Shown piece by piece: positions 1 through 9,872 of a stretch of 64,000 nt of DNA. Under the pieces are notes generated by a model that was not told the DNA's origin, ran no database searches, and worked only from the letters and a program-made list of their open reading frames with translations. A program made the translations under genes and the position numbers. The stretch spans positions 118,420,001 to 118,484,000 of the forward strand of contig OX597822.1 of NCBI GenBank assembly GCA_951406725.2. Direction: 5' to 3'. How positions within the stretch are numbered: the stretch's first letter is position 1; every line of letters begins with the position of its first letter. The stretch is from Octopus vulgaris (Eukaryota).

Positions 1-85
1 GATCAAAGTGGAGTGCAAAGTGTGAAAGGCAGAGAAATGTAGGAGAGGGGGAGAGAGACAGTGTTTTAAAGAAATATGTACTTAC

Positions 86-128
<43 letters not shown>

Positions 129-131
<3 letters not shown>

Positions 132-355
132 TGTCCGGAATCAGATCGCCATGTTGATTCGCTAGCTTCTGCACGCATTTTTTTCTCTCCTTGTTTCTTT
201 CTGTGTTTCTTTTCTGTGTATCTTTCTGTTGAAGAGCGTAGGCTCGAAACGTAAAAGACTTGTTTTATTTATATTCCCGAGCGCCATACTAATACAATTG
301 TTTGTTTGTACTCCACCTGCCTTCGTCTTTTGTTTATTTTCATAAAGCTTCCCGT

Positions 356-360
<5 letters not shown>
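129..360 (+). mobile_element. Short non-autonomous element bounded by (TA)n tracts, carrying a minimal hammerhead-like motif (Penelope-associated)
   Basis: Flanked by (TA)n on both sides. Homologous copies at ~9368-9570, ~53312-53520 and ~60243-60425 (all -). Motif TCTTT-CTGTTGA-A-GAGC-gtag-GCTC-GAAAC-GTA-AAAGA at 221-258. Confidence 0.65.
221..258 (+). ncRNA. Minimal type I hammerhead ribozyme-like motif (variant core CUGUUGA)
   Basis: Stem I TCTTT/AAAGA, stem II GAGC/GCTC, GAAAC-GUA with palindromic ACGT helix III. Position 6 is U instead of A. Confidence 0.6.
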
Positions 361-430
<70 letters not shown>

Positions 431-431
<1 letters not shown>

Positions 432-1480
432 GCGCAAATATAGTATTCGGTCTACCACGGTGTCAAACAGTATAGCCAGGGTTATCCACCTTAAAAACGA
501 CTCGTTGTCACCTCTCCTTTCCACTTGCGGTTTACCTTACATTGAAATATTGCAGAAAAATTTTTATATACGTGTCATCTTGACAGAGGAAACAGCAGTC
601 ACATTTTTACAAGATTACAATCTGCTGGATACACAACAAGAAGCAGACCCTTGCCATCGATACGGTACTGTTATGCAAGAAAAACGAAAGCACGACAGAG
701 GTGGACAGTTCAGGCCTGTACTTTGTTGTCCTCGAAAGAAGTGTCAAACTTCACGTTCAGTTCGTAAAGGAAACCAATTTTCCATTATACGGACATTAAC
801 AACAAACTAAACTGCAAGCTGAGCCTGAGTGAGGTTTTAGAACTAATATTTTTCTTTGTCATGGACAGACCCATGACCACAGCAGTGACTCTGACAGGAA
901 AATCTAAAAATGCAATGACTGACTGGTACAATATGTGCCGCGAGGTGTGTGGAGCCATGGTTCATCATGAACGATGAGGGAAGATGGTTGTAACAAACGA
1001 TAACCCCATTCAGACGAAGCAAGATTTACTAGTCAACAAAACTACAATTGAGGGAAAATGCTGAACGGCGACAACGCTCCTCTCTTTGAAGACAGTGATT
1101 CAGAACACCGAAACAGCAGAAACCACGGGCCGTGGGGTTTTGGGTCTCAAGCAAGGCTCAGACTGTCGATAGTTTTGTGGAACGGTGTAACGAGAACAGT
1201 CTGATCCCAATTATTGGGAGAGAATGTGAAAAAGGTTCAGTAATTCATTCAGATGAGTTATCCGCTTATAATAATTCCAATGCCTTAGGTTATCGCCATC
1301 TGACGACAGTGAACCATCAACGACATTATGTGGATCCAATGACTGGAACACACACTCAGGCCATTGGTTAGATGCTAAAACTATGATTCTGAAAAAAATG
1401 AGTAGCGTTGGTACTGAGCTTTTCCAGTTACATCTTAATCATTTCTACTGGAAGATGATGAGGAAAGACTCAGATGAGTA
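431..1480 (+). mobile_element. Merlin/ISXO2 (IS1595-like) DNA transposon, decayed transposase
   Basis: Frameshifted fragments: CPRKKCQTSRSVRKG, DWYNMCREVC, DEARF, IHSDELSAY, VNHQRHYVDPMTGTHTQAI. Begins GGCGCAAATATAG after a TA tract. Confidence 0.85.
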
Positions 1481-1499
1481 TAAAGTAATTCCTTTATAA

Positions 1500-1660
1500 T
1501 TACATCGACCCCAGTGTGTAACTGGTACTTAATTTATCGACCCCAAAAGGAAGAAAGGCAAAGTCGGCCCCGGCGACATTTGAACTCAGAACATGAAGAC
1601 AGAAGGAATATCACTAAGCATTTCACACGGCGTGATAACGACTCTGCCAGCGCGCCGCCT
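1500..1660 (-). mobile_element. tRNA-derived SINE family B (GGCGGCGAGCTGGCAG head, central GCCTTTCATCCTTTCGGGGTCGAT domain)
   Basis: Matches many other copies in the window (e.g. 12905-13133, 18930-19098, 21605-21845, 26660-26891, 32650-32880, 38125-38528, 44335-44700). Confidence 0.8.
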
Positions 1661-1768
1661 TTGCATATTCATTAAATAATATTTATCTCTCGCTGGATGG
1701 AATACTTTTTTATTGATCCTACCAATAACGGAACAGTATATTATATTATATTATATTATATTATATTA

Positions 1769-2200
1769 CTAGCAGAGATACCCGGCGTTGCCCGTGTTAC
1801 ATACAATTGAAGAATTAGACTTTTCTGTTATATATTTTCTGTAATGAACTGGAATATCTATGTTCCGAATTTCATCAAAATTGCAGATGAGGGTTATTTC
1901 CCTCTTTACACACCCCCAAAAAAATTGTAATCGTGCCACATGTATCCCAAACTACTGATTTTTATGCGCATATTCCAAAATACCAGTCTTATAGAACCTG
2001 TTAAAAAGGGATTTTGCTCCGGAAAAATGGAGGTCATGGAGCTCTAAAATGTGAGAGTTAACGCCCCTATTGGGGGTGGGTATCTTAATGTCAACCAGAG
2101 AAGTTGAATTGTTGAGAATCTTTTAACTTGGGTCTTATATCTATTGTTTGAATTTCTTTGAAATAGGAAATATATGTTCACTGGGTTTGTAAAAGAGAGC
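1769..2200 (-). mobile_element. Helitron 3' end / non-autonomous Helitron fragment
   Basis: Read on -, a GC-rich hairpin (reverse of ACCCGGCGTTGCCCGTGT) lies just before terminal CTAG|T at 1769-1772. The 5' extent is uncertain. Confidence 0.55.
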
Positions 2201-2796
2201 AAAGCTACAGGAAACCAAAAAACGAATGATCACAATAAGCAGTCAGCTACAGTACCCCAGTCGTTACCACTCCCAATGTAGGATTCCTCACCATACAGGT
2301 GACAGGCACAGACATAAGATGCATTACGAATCTACAGCAATCGGAAGAGCGTGACCCAACTGAAATAAACATTAACAACTGTGTGACGTGAGGGCTAAGG
2401 AGAAATGAAAGTTGGAGTTTGCAAATGACCACTATACTGATACGTAACTGGACAGAATAAATATACAATCTATAAATGTCTTTGAATAACCAGTCACTCA
2501 TCTGGGAAGGCCTTGAAATCAATGTTACCATCAGGGGACTATGTGTGACCGAGTGATAATAAAAAGACTGAAAGGAGGTCTGCAATCAAATAACTTCACT
2601 CAACACTTTGCAACTGAATCAGTGGAGGCAAAGATGCTTCTCATTTACTTGACAATTTATGCAGCACATTGTAGAAATCACAATCTAAGTGTATGTCAAA
2701 GCAAACTCTTACACTGTTGTACCATTGAATTAGAAATAACTTTTTCCTCCAATCTTTTTTTTCTCCACAACATCATATCAGCAATGAGACTGGAAA

Positions 2797-3222
2797 TTTT
2801 TTTTTTCTTTTTTTTTACGTTTCAGCTAAGAGCTGTGGCCATGCTGATGCACCGCCGTTTTGCGCAACACTGTTATTATTTGGAGCCTCCTCTAATATGT
2901 GGCACTTGGTGAAGAATGGAGTTTGATATAGCTACCCTCATTTGCACCTCTTGCCGTGAGGTAGGCTCATCTGGGACTCTCGACAGGAAGAGGTCCAGCT
3001 TTGATTTAAAAACCCCTACATCTACTTTGTGCAAGTTCCTCAGACTCTTTGGGAGAATATTAAAAAGCTGTGAGCCCTTGAAACCCAGGCTGTTGCAGTA
3101 ACTGGCCCTGAAGTGATTCAGGACCAGTTTATAGCCGATTTTCAGAATTTTTTACTGTCTTTTATAAAATGTATATTTTGCGAATGAAAAAAAACTAGGT
3201 CCCAGCTTTGTCAGGCAGCAAA
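2797..3222 (-). mobile_element. CR1/L2-group LINE 3' end with poly(A) tail
   Basis: Minus-strand translation GSQLFNILPKSLRNLHKVDVGVFKSKLDLFLSRVPDEP, then a short UTR and A-tail at 2797-2816. Confidence 0.75.
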
Positions 3223-3223
3223 T

Positions 3224-3537
3224 CAACAAATACGCTGGCAGACAGGAACCACTCCTTGCACAGGTAAAAAGATAGAGGCCTGTTTGGTACGGTCATGTGC
3301 CGTGCCACAACTTCCTACCCAAAACCATTCTTCAGGGCATAGTTGAAGAAGGGCGAAAGAAAGGCAGACATAGGAAATCCTGGTCTGACAACATCGAGGG
3401 CTGGACAGATCACAACACAGGGAACCTGTTAGGCATGACAGGGAACAGAGACAAGTGGCGATGACAGACTGTGTAAATGTCTTAAGTGCCCCCCACCAAT
3501 GACTGGCTGCAGTAGTTAAGGGATTTTGATGATGATA
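3224..3537 (+). mobile_element. RTE-type LINE 3' fragment
   Basis: Decayed RT C-terminus (LATVK-like, GHV..H, ILQG..EG.RKKGR motifs) ending in TGATGATGA. Confidence 0.65.
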
Positions 3538-3744
3538 AACATGAGCCACAAGTCTCGTTTAGTTTCATTGATCCGAAGCTGGCTTTGGCTGAAGATACAA
3601 TCAAGTTGGAACTTATGTCAAAGAATTATACAATGAGATGTTTTCTGTAGACAAAATACAAGAATATTCATATTCGAATCTGCCGTTTGAGGAAGAATAC
3701 GTCCGTCTTTGTGGTGAGTTTCACTATTTTCGGTGCACACACTC

Positions 3745-3952
3745 TTTTTCTTGTTTCAGTCATTTGACTGCGGCCATGCTGGAGCGCCGCCTTTAGTCAA
3801 GCAAATCGACCCCAGGACTTATTCTTTGTAAGCCTAGTACTTATTCTATCGGTCACTTTTGCCGAACCACTAAGTTACGGGGACGTAAACACACCAGCAT
3901 CAGTTGTCAAGCGAAGTTGGGGGGGGGGACCAACACAGACACACAAACATAT

Positions 3953-3990
<38 letters not shown>

Positions 3991-4150
3991 GACGGGATTC
4001 TTCCAATTTCCGTCTACCAAATCCATCCACAAGGCTTTGGTCGGCCCGAGGCTATAGTAGAAGACACTCGCCCAAGGTGCCACGCAGTGGAACTGAACCC
4101 GGAACCATGTGGTTCGTAAGTAAGCTACTTACCACACAGCCACTCCTACA
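3745..4150 (-). mobile_element. tRNA-derived SINE family A (GGCGCAGGAGTGGCTGTGTGGTAAG head, internal (TA/CA)n, GTAAAAGA tail)
   Basis: Pol III A/B-box-like head (TGGCTGTGTGG; GGTTCAGT). More than 12 copies in the window. Resembles the octopus OR-type SINEs (from memory). Confidence 0.85.
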
Positions 4151-4370
4151 CCTAACGAATTATCTATTATCTTTTACTTATTTCAGTCATCAGGCTGCGG
4201 CCATCCTGGGGCACCGTCTTGAAAGATCATTTTTAGTCGGATGTATTAACCCCGGTACCTTTTTTATAAGCCCGGTGCTTATTTTATCCGTCTCTTTTAC
4301 CGAACCATTAACTAGGCCGTAAACACACAAACACAGGTTGTCAAACGACGGTGAGGACAAGTACAGATGC

Positions 4371-4432
<62 letters not shown>

Positions 4433-4439
4433 ACACACA

Positions 4440-4696
4440 TAGTGAAGGCTCAGTGATTAGATCGTCGGGCTCACAGTCATGAGGTAACGGGTTCGATTCC
4501 CAGACCGAGCTATGTGTTGTGTTCACTCAGCTGTAGAAATGAGTTGCGGCGTCACAGGTGCCAATCTGTATCGACCTTTGTCTTTCCCTTGGATAACATC
4601 AGTGGTGTGGAAAGGAGGGTGGGGCTGGTGTACACGAGCGACTGCTGGTCTTCCGTAAACAACCTTGGCCTGGCTTGTGCCTCAGAGGGGAACTTT

Positions 4697-4700
<4 letters not shown>
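4440..4700 (+). mobile_element. tRNA-derived SINE family C (CORE-like central domain in fuller copies)
   Basis: tRNA-like head GGCTCAGTGATTAGA...GGTTCGATTCC. Related copies at 4918-5220, 11725-12045 and 57197-57445 contain GTCCTTGAGCAAGACACTT...CACTCAGCTG. Confidence 0.7.
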
Positions 4701-4729
<29 letters not shown>

Positions 4730-4764
4730 GTGTAGGTGTGTGTGTGTGTGTAGGTGTATGTGTA

Positions 4765-4806
<42 letters not shown>

Positions 4807-5634
4807 ACCACTGCTTGATAACTGCTGTTGGTGTGTTTACGTCTCCACAACTTCGTTATGGGGAAACAAAGTCGGAGTGGAGGGCACACAACACGTGTAA
4901 TGTCGAAAAGTGTAGAGAAGCGTGGCTTAGTGTTAGGGTATTTGACTCACGATCGAAAGTTCGTTAGTTCGTTTCCTGGCAGCGCGCTGAGTCCTTGAAC
5001 AAGACACTTTATAGCAAGTTACTGCACTCCACTCAGCTGGCAAAAAAAGGAACTGTACCTAAATTCACAAGGCCAGCCTTGCCACATGTTGTATCTTCCT
5101 GAAACACTACGTAAATGGTATGCGTGTCAGTGGTACGCTCAGCGACTGGCATTAATTTCTCGAGCAGGGCTGCTCCGTTGATCGGATCCACTGGAACACT
5201 CGTCGTCGCAACCGACGGAGAATCGTTTTCCTTCCTCTTTTTCTTTTCAGTCGAAAAATAATGTATCATTCTCTGGATTCAATATAGAGAATCACAACTC
5301 AATGGGTGCTATTGATACATATATAATAGCAATTTATTTGCATATATAATAGTAATTTATTTGCATATTTAATAGTAATTTATTTGCATATATAATTAGC
5401 GTTAAAACGTTAATTATAAATATTTACTCAGTGAAAGAGAAAAGACGTAATTTTGAGTTTTTCAAACTAGGGGAGACAACTCTTGCTATGTTCCGGAATG
5501 GGTTCTTTATATTCAGTGTCCTGCATTTATAGCAATAATCTTATGAGTGTCATTAGAAAATAATTGCTTGAATAAGACTCTTATACGAAATCTTCATATA
5601 ATAAAGACATAAATAAATAAATAAAAAAAACTTT

Positions 5635-5644
5635 AAAAAAAAAA
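5635..5644 (-). terminator. Pol III oligo-T terminator of tRNA-Lys
   Basis: Run of 10 T on the - strand, 6 nt downstream of the tRNA 3' end. Confidence 0.8.
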
Positions 5645-5650
5645 GTTCTC

Positions 5651-5737
5651 CGCCCGCAGAGGGACTCGAACCCGCGACCCTCAGATGTCATGAGAGGACT
5701 TAAAAGTCTGATGCTCTACCGACTGAGCTATGCGGGC
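5651..5737 (-). tRNA. tRNA-Lys(UUU) with 14-nt intron (5687-5700)
   Basis: GCCCGCATAGCTCAGTCGGTAGAGCATCAGACTTTTA[AGTCCTCTCATGAC]ATCTGAGGGTCGCGGGTTCGAGTCCCTCTGCGGGCG. Perfect acceptor stem, intact A/B boxes, intron at canonical 37/38, one T-stem mismatch. Confidence 0.93.
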
Positions 5738-6705
5738 GAACTGAAAAATTTTGTCAATTTTGTGTTTTTCAATATTATTACTTCTGCTGTAATTGTATCA
5801 ATGGAGGGTAATGTGTGGTTTCGGTTTTTCATATTCTGAACGCGAATCCCTAGAAATTATATTGTTATATTTATGTAAATGCTTTCCTAAAGTCGATAAA
5901 ATGATCTGCAAACTTTTGGGTTATGTACCAACGTAAGAAAGTATTATTACTGACAAGAATGAAATGCCGCAACAGAATCGGTAGAGCGATTATTAAATAC
6001 TTTGCGGAGTTTATACTCTTAACTTTAATCTCACCGCAGTTCACTTTGCTTTTCATTCTTCAGGAGTCACTAAAATAAAATAGAGGTCAAGAACTAGAGA
6101 CGATTTAATCAGTTGATTCTCTCTCTGTGGTCTTTTCCTGGCCTTTTGCCTGTACTGATGAGTAAACTGAACTAGTAGAATGGTTAAAATGCAAAACGGA
6201 ATTTTAGGTCCGAGCGATCTTTGCGTTTCGCCATCCAACTACTTTCATTATGTTTGTCGAGCAGCGAAGTTATGTTTTTTTAATACGAAGAGTTTTTTTT
6301 TTCCCCTTTTTATATTTTGATTTACATTTAAAATGTGTTGCTAATACAAAGGACAAAGTACTTAGCGGCCTTTCTTCCGGTTTTACGTCCTCTACTCAAA
6401 TAACACCGAACTTAGCTTTGCTTTTCATCCTTTCAGACTCAATAAAGTACCAGTCTAGTACGAGGATCGAAGAAGGTTTCAGCCAATTCCTCCCCCAACA
6501 AATTGCTGGCCTTATACCAAAATCAGGAACCTAATGGGGCGTGCAGGCAGAATCGTTAGAGCAGAGGTGGGTAGGCTTTTTAGTGCGGTGGGCAAAAATT
6601 TACAAAGGAAAAGGTCCGCGGGTGGTTCACAAGTTCTAACTCTTATATCTGTGTAGATATTGTATATATCTATGTACAATTCGTTTTTGGATTAATAAAG
6701 ATAAG

Positions 6706-7008
6706 GGTACTATTCAAGAAGAGTGGTCCCAGTGCGCGCGCTCGCATAGTCGCGCATCCGCACTAGTTAGTCGTGACTAGTCGATCCAACAATGACTACC
6801 TAGCAAAGTAAATAAAACACAAAATAAATAATTTTTTTACACGAAGTAAATATTTTTTTGAAAACAAAGTAATTATATACACAAAAACACAAAGTAAATA
6901 ATGTTTTTAAACAAAATAAAACACAAAACACAAAGGATCGACAAGTCACGACTAGCTAGCGCGAGTACGCGAGTGCGCGCACCGGGACCACTCTTCTTAA
7001 GTAGTACC
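6706..7008. mobile_element. Mutator-like MITE
   Basis: Long imperfect TIRs (GGTACTATTCAAGAAGAGTGGTCCC... / ...GGGACCACTCTTCTTAAGTAGTACC) and perfect 9-bp TSD AAAGATAAG (6697-6705, 7009-7017). Confidence 0.85.
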
Positions 7009-7141
7009 AAAGATAAGTTTAAGACATTAAATTAACGCGTAACATCTTCATTAACGCTGCCACTGAATTTAGAACATGAGGTTTCTTTATTTTTCAGCTA
7101 GAGTGTCTCTGGGTCTCAAGGGGGTGGTACAAACCTAGCAA

Positions 7142-7548
7142 TACTCTTACTCTTTTATTCTTTTACTTGTTTCAGTTATTTGACTGCGGCTATGCTGGAG
7201 CACCGCCTTTAGTCGACCAAATCGACCCCAGAACTTATTCTTTGTAAGCCCAGTACTTATTCTATCGGTTTCTTGTGCCGAACCACTAAGTGACAGGGAC
7301 GTAAACACACCAGCATCGGTTGTCAGGCAATGTTAGGGGGACAAACACAGACACACAAACATATATATATATATATACATATATACGACAGGCTTCTTTC
7401 AGTTTCCGTCTACCAAATCCATTCACAAGGCATTGGTCAGCCCGGGGCTATAGCAGAAGACACTTGCCCAAGATGCCACGCAGTGGGACTGAACCCGGAA
7501 CCATGTGGTTGGTTAGCAAGCTACTTACCACACAGCCACTCCTGCGCC
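7142..7548 (-). mobile_element. SINE family A, full length
   Basis: Complete head to tail, near-identical to 27344-27735, 38737-39150 and 41264-41680. Confidence 0.9.
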
Positions 7549-8199
7549 TGTGTTTTTTAGTGAAAATAAAATTTCCATCCAAATGCCAGTTACCGGACGA
7601 GTTTCTGTTCGAGTCTAAGTCGTAGTGGAAACGCGACCTTTGTCGCAAACAGGCATACGGACATTGTTGCATAAATTTTATAATTGAAAAATTTACTATA
7701 TTTTGTACATACGAGTCTATCAGCCTGTGGGCGAAATAAACTGGGCTTGTGGCCGGGGGTTTCCCCACCCCTACGTTAGACCATCAAACAAAATGCTTAA
7801 ATGTTTTTTTTCTTTTGACTCATTACCTTATGAATTCAAATTCTGCTGGAGTCAACTTTGCCCCTGATCCCAGAATCAATAAAAGAAAGTAGCAGTCAAG
7901 TACCGGACTCAATATAATCGACTTAGCCCCTCCTCTCAAATCCTTGGTCTTGTGCCAAAACTGGAAAGAATTATAATTATTATGGAAAACGTCATTGTCA
8001 GAATTGTTTGAGCATCAGAACAAATGCCTTGCATTCTGAGTTCAAATCCCAGTCAGGACAACTTTGCATTTCCTCCCTACATCCATAAATTAAAGTACCA
8101 GTCAAGTACTGAGATCAATGGTATTGACTAACCCAACCTTTTTCTTCTTGTTGAACTAAGTTCAAATCATGTTGAGGTCGACATTGCCTTTCATTTGTT

Positions 8200-8525
8200 T
8201 TTGGCACTTAAAAAGCACCATCCGAACGTGGCCGATGCCAGCACCGCCTCGACTGGCTTCTGTGCTAGTGGCACGTAAAAAGCACCAACCGATCGTGGCC
8301 GATGCCAGACCCCCCTGGCACCTGTGCCGGTGGCACGTAAAAAGCACCCACTACACTCATGGAGTGGTTGGCGTTAGGAAGGGCATCCAGCTGTAGAAAC
8401 ACTGCCAGATCAGACTGGAGCCTGGTGCAGCCCCTGGCTTCCCAGACCCCAGTTGAACCGTCCAACCCGTGCTAGCGCGGAAAACGGACGTTAAACGATG
8501 ATGATGATGATGATGATGATGATGA
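8200..8525 (+). mobile_element. RTE LINE 3' UTR fragment with (TGA)n tail
   Basis: GGAGTGGTTGGCGTTAGGAAGGGCATCCAGC...GACGTTAAACGATGATGA. The same UTR is attached to an RTE RT C-terminus at 25546-26360. Confidence 0.8.
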
Positions 8526-9698
8526 AGCATTAAAAATGAAGAGCCAGTCACCAACTGAAGCTGATGGTGTCAGTTACATCCCTCTACTCAAAATTGCTGC
8601 CCTTGATTCGGAACGCATTGTTAATTTTGTGTGGTTGAATTACAATCAGTTCTCTGTTTAGTCTCTAAGGAGGGTATCAGCATCATCATCATCATCATCA
8701 CCTTCTTCCACTTCTACTTCCTTTTCTACCTCTTTTTCTTCTCACTTCTCTTCTCCTTCTCCTCTACTTCCTCTTCTTTCACTTCTAACTCCTCCTCCCC
8801 TCTTCCTCTCCTCCCCTTTCTCCTCTTCCTCTTTTTTTATCATCATTATCATTTTAACATTCACTTTTCCACGCTTGTATAGTTCAAATGAAATTTTGTT
8901 GAGGTAAGTTTTCTATTACCAGGTGCCCTTCCTGTTGCCAACCTTCACCTGCTTCCAAGTAAGGTAATATTTTTCCACGACTGAAAACAAACAACATCGC
9001 TTGTATGACAGTGATGTTCATTGATAACCCTCATGTAGTGTCAGGGATACACACACACACACACACACACAAACACACATATATACAGATATTGTGGCTG
9101 TGTGGTAAGAAGCTAGCTTGCCAGCCACATGGTTCTGAGTTCAGTTCCATTACATGGCACCTTAGGCAAGGGTCTTCTACTATAGTCTGAGGTCAGTGAA
9201 AGCTTTATGAGTAGATTTGGTAGAACCACTCACAAGGACAAGGCTTTGGTCGGCCCAAGACTATTGTCCAAAGTGCCACACAATGGGACTGAACCCAGAA
9301 CCATATAGTTGAGAAGCAAGCTAATTATCACACAGCCATGGCTGCACCTGTACATATATATATATATAGTTGGAATTTACAAAAAAAACAAACAAAACAA
9401 ACGATGAAGACAGGTGTGTAAACCACAAACAGATGTATTAGTTTAACGGTCGGGAAGTGAGAATTACTTTTACATTTCAAGCCTACATTCTTCAACACAA
9501 AGAAACGCAGAAATAAACAGAGAGACAAAAATAAAAAAGGTTTAGTGGCTAGCAATCAATAATAGAAAATATATATATATACAATTTAAAAATAGGATAA
9601 AATCTTCATAAGAATTTATCAAGTAGTCAGCGTGAAAAACATTATAAGAGAAAAAATCCCCCAATTTTTTCACTTAAATATATTTATTTATATTACAT

Positions 9699-9872
9699 AG
9701 AGGGCACTATTACACATAGATGCCACATGCTAGGAGGGACTCTTAAAGTCAAAACTACTAAAATAAATAAACATATCGTACCGAATTCAGTACGATATGT
9801 TTATTTATTTTAGTAGTTTTGACTTTAAGAGTCCCTCCTAGCATGTGGCATCTATGTGTAATAATGCCCTCT
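9699..9872. repeat. 174-bp near-perfect palindrome centred on GAATTC
   Basis: Arms are reverse complements apart from two C/A mismatches (9707/9864, 9782/9789). No spacer. Confidence 0.95.

Larger units (their letters stand above)
6562..7773. mobile_element. hAT-like non-autonomous DNA transposon hosting two nested insertions
   Basis: Ends CAGAGGTGGG ... CCCACCCCTA. 8-bp TSD CGTTAGAG (6554-6561) / CGTTAGAC (7774-7781). Interrupts a family-B SINE head. Confidence 0.7.

Noticed and set aside
162-524. ORFs rich in YI/VC/HT/LSIY repeats, here and throughout the track
   Set aside because: Translations of (TA)n, (CA)n and (TATC)n microsatellites.
3651-3713. Possible 63-nt + strand exon (ttttctgtag|..KIQEYSYSNLPFEEEYVRLC..|gtgagt)
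   Set aside because: Good splice signals, but no recognisable homology and no partner exons found. Cannot be supported without RNA data.
7320-7625. Recurrent ORF family MPRSGTEPGTMWLVSKLLTTQPLL
   Set aside because: Antisense translation of SINE family A, not a gene family.
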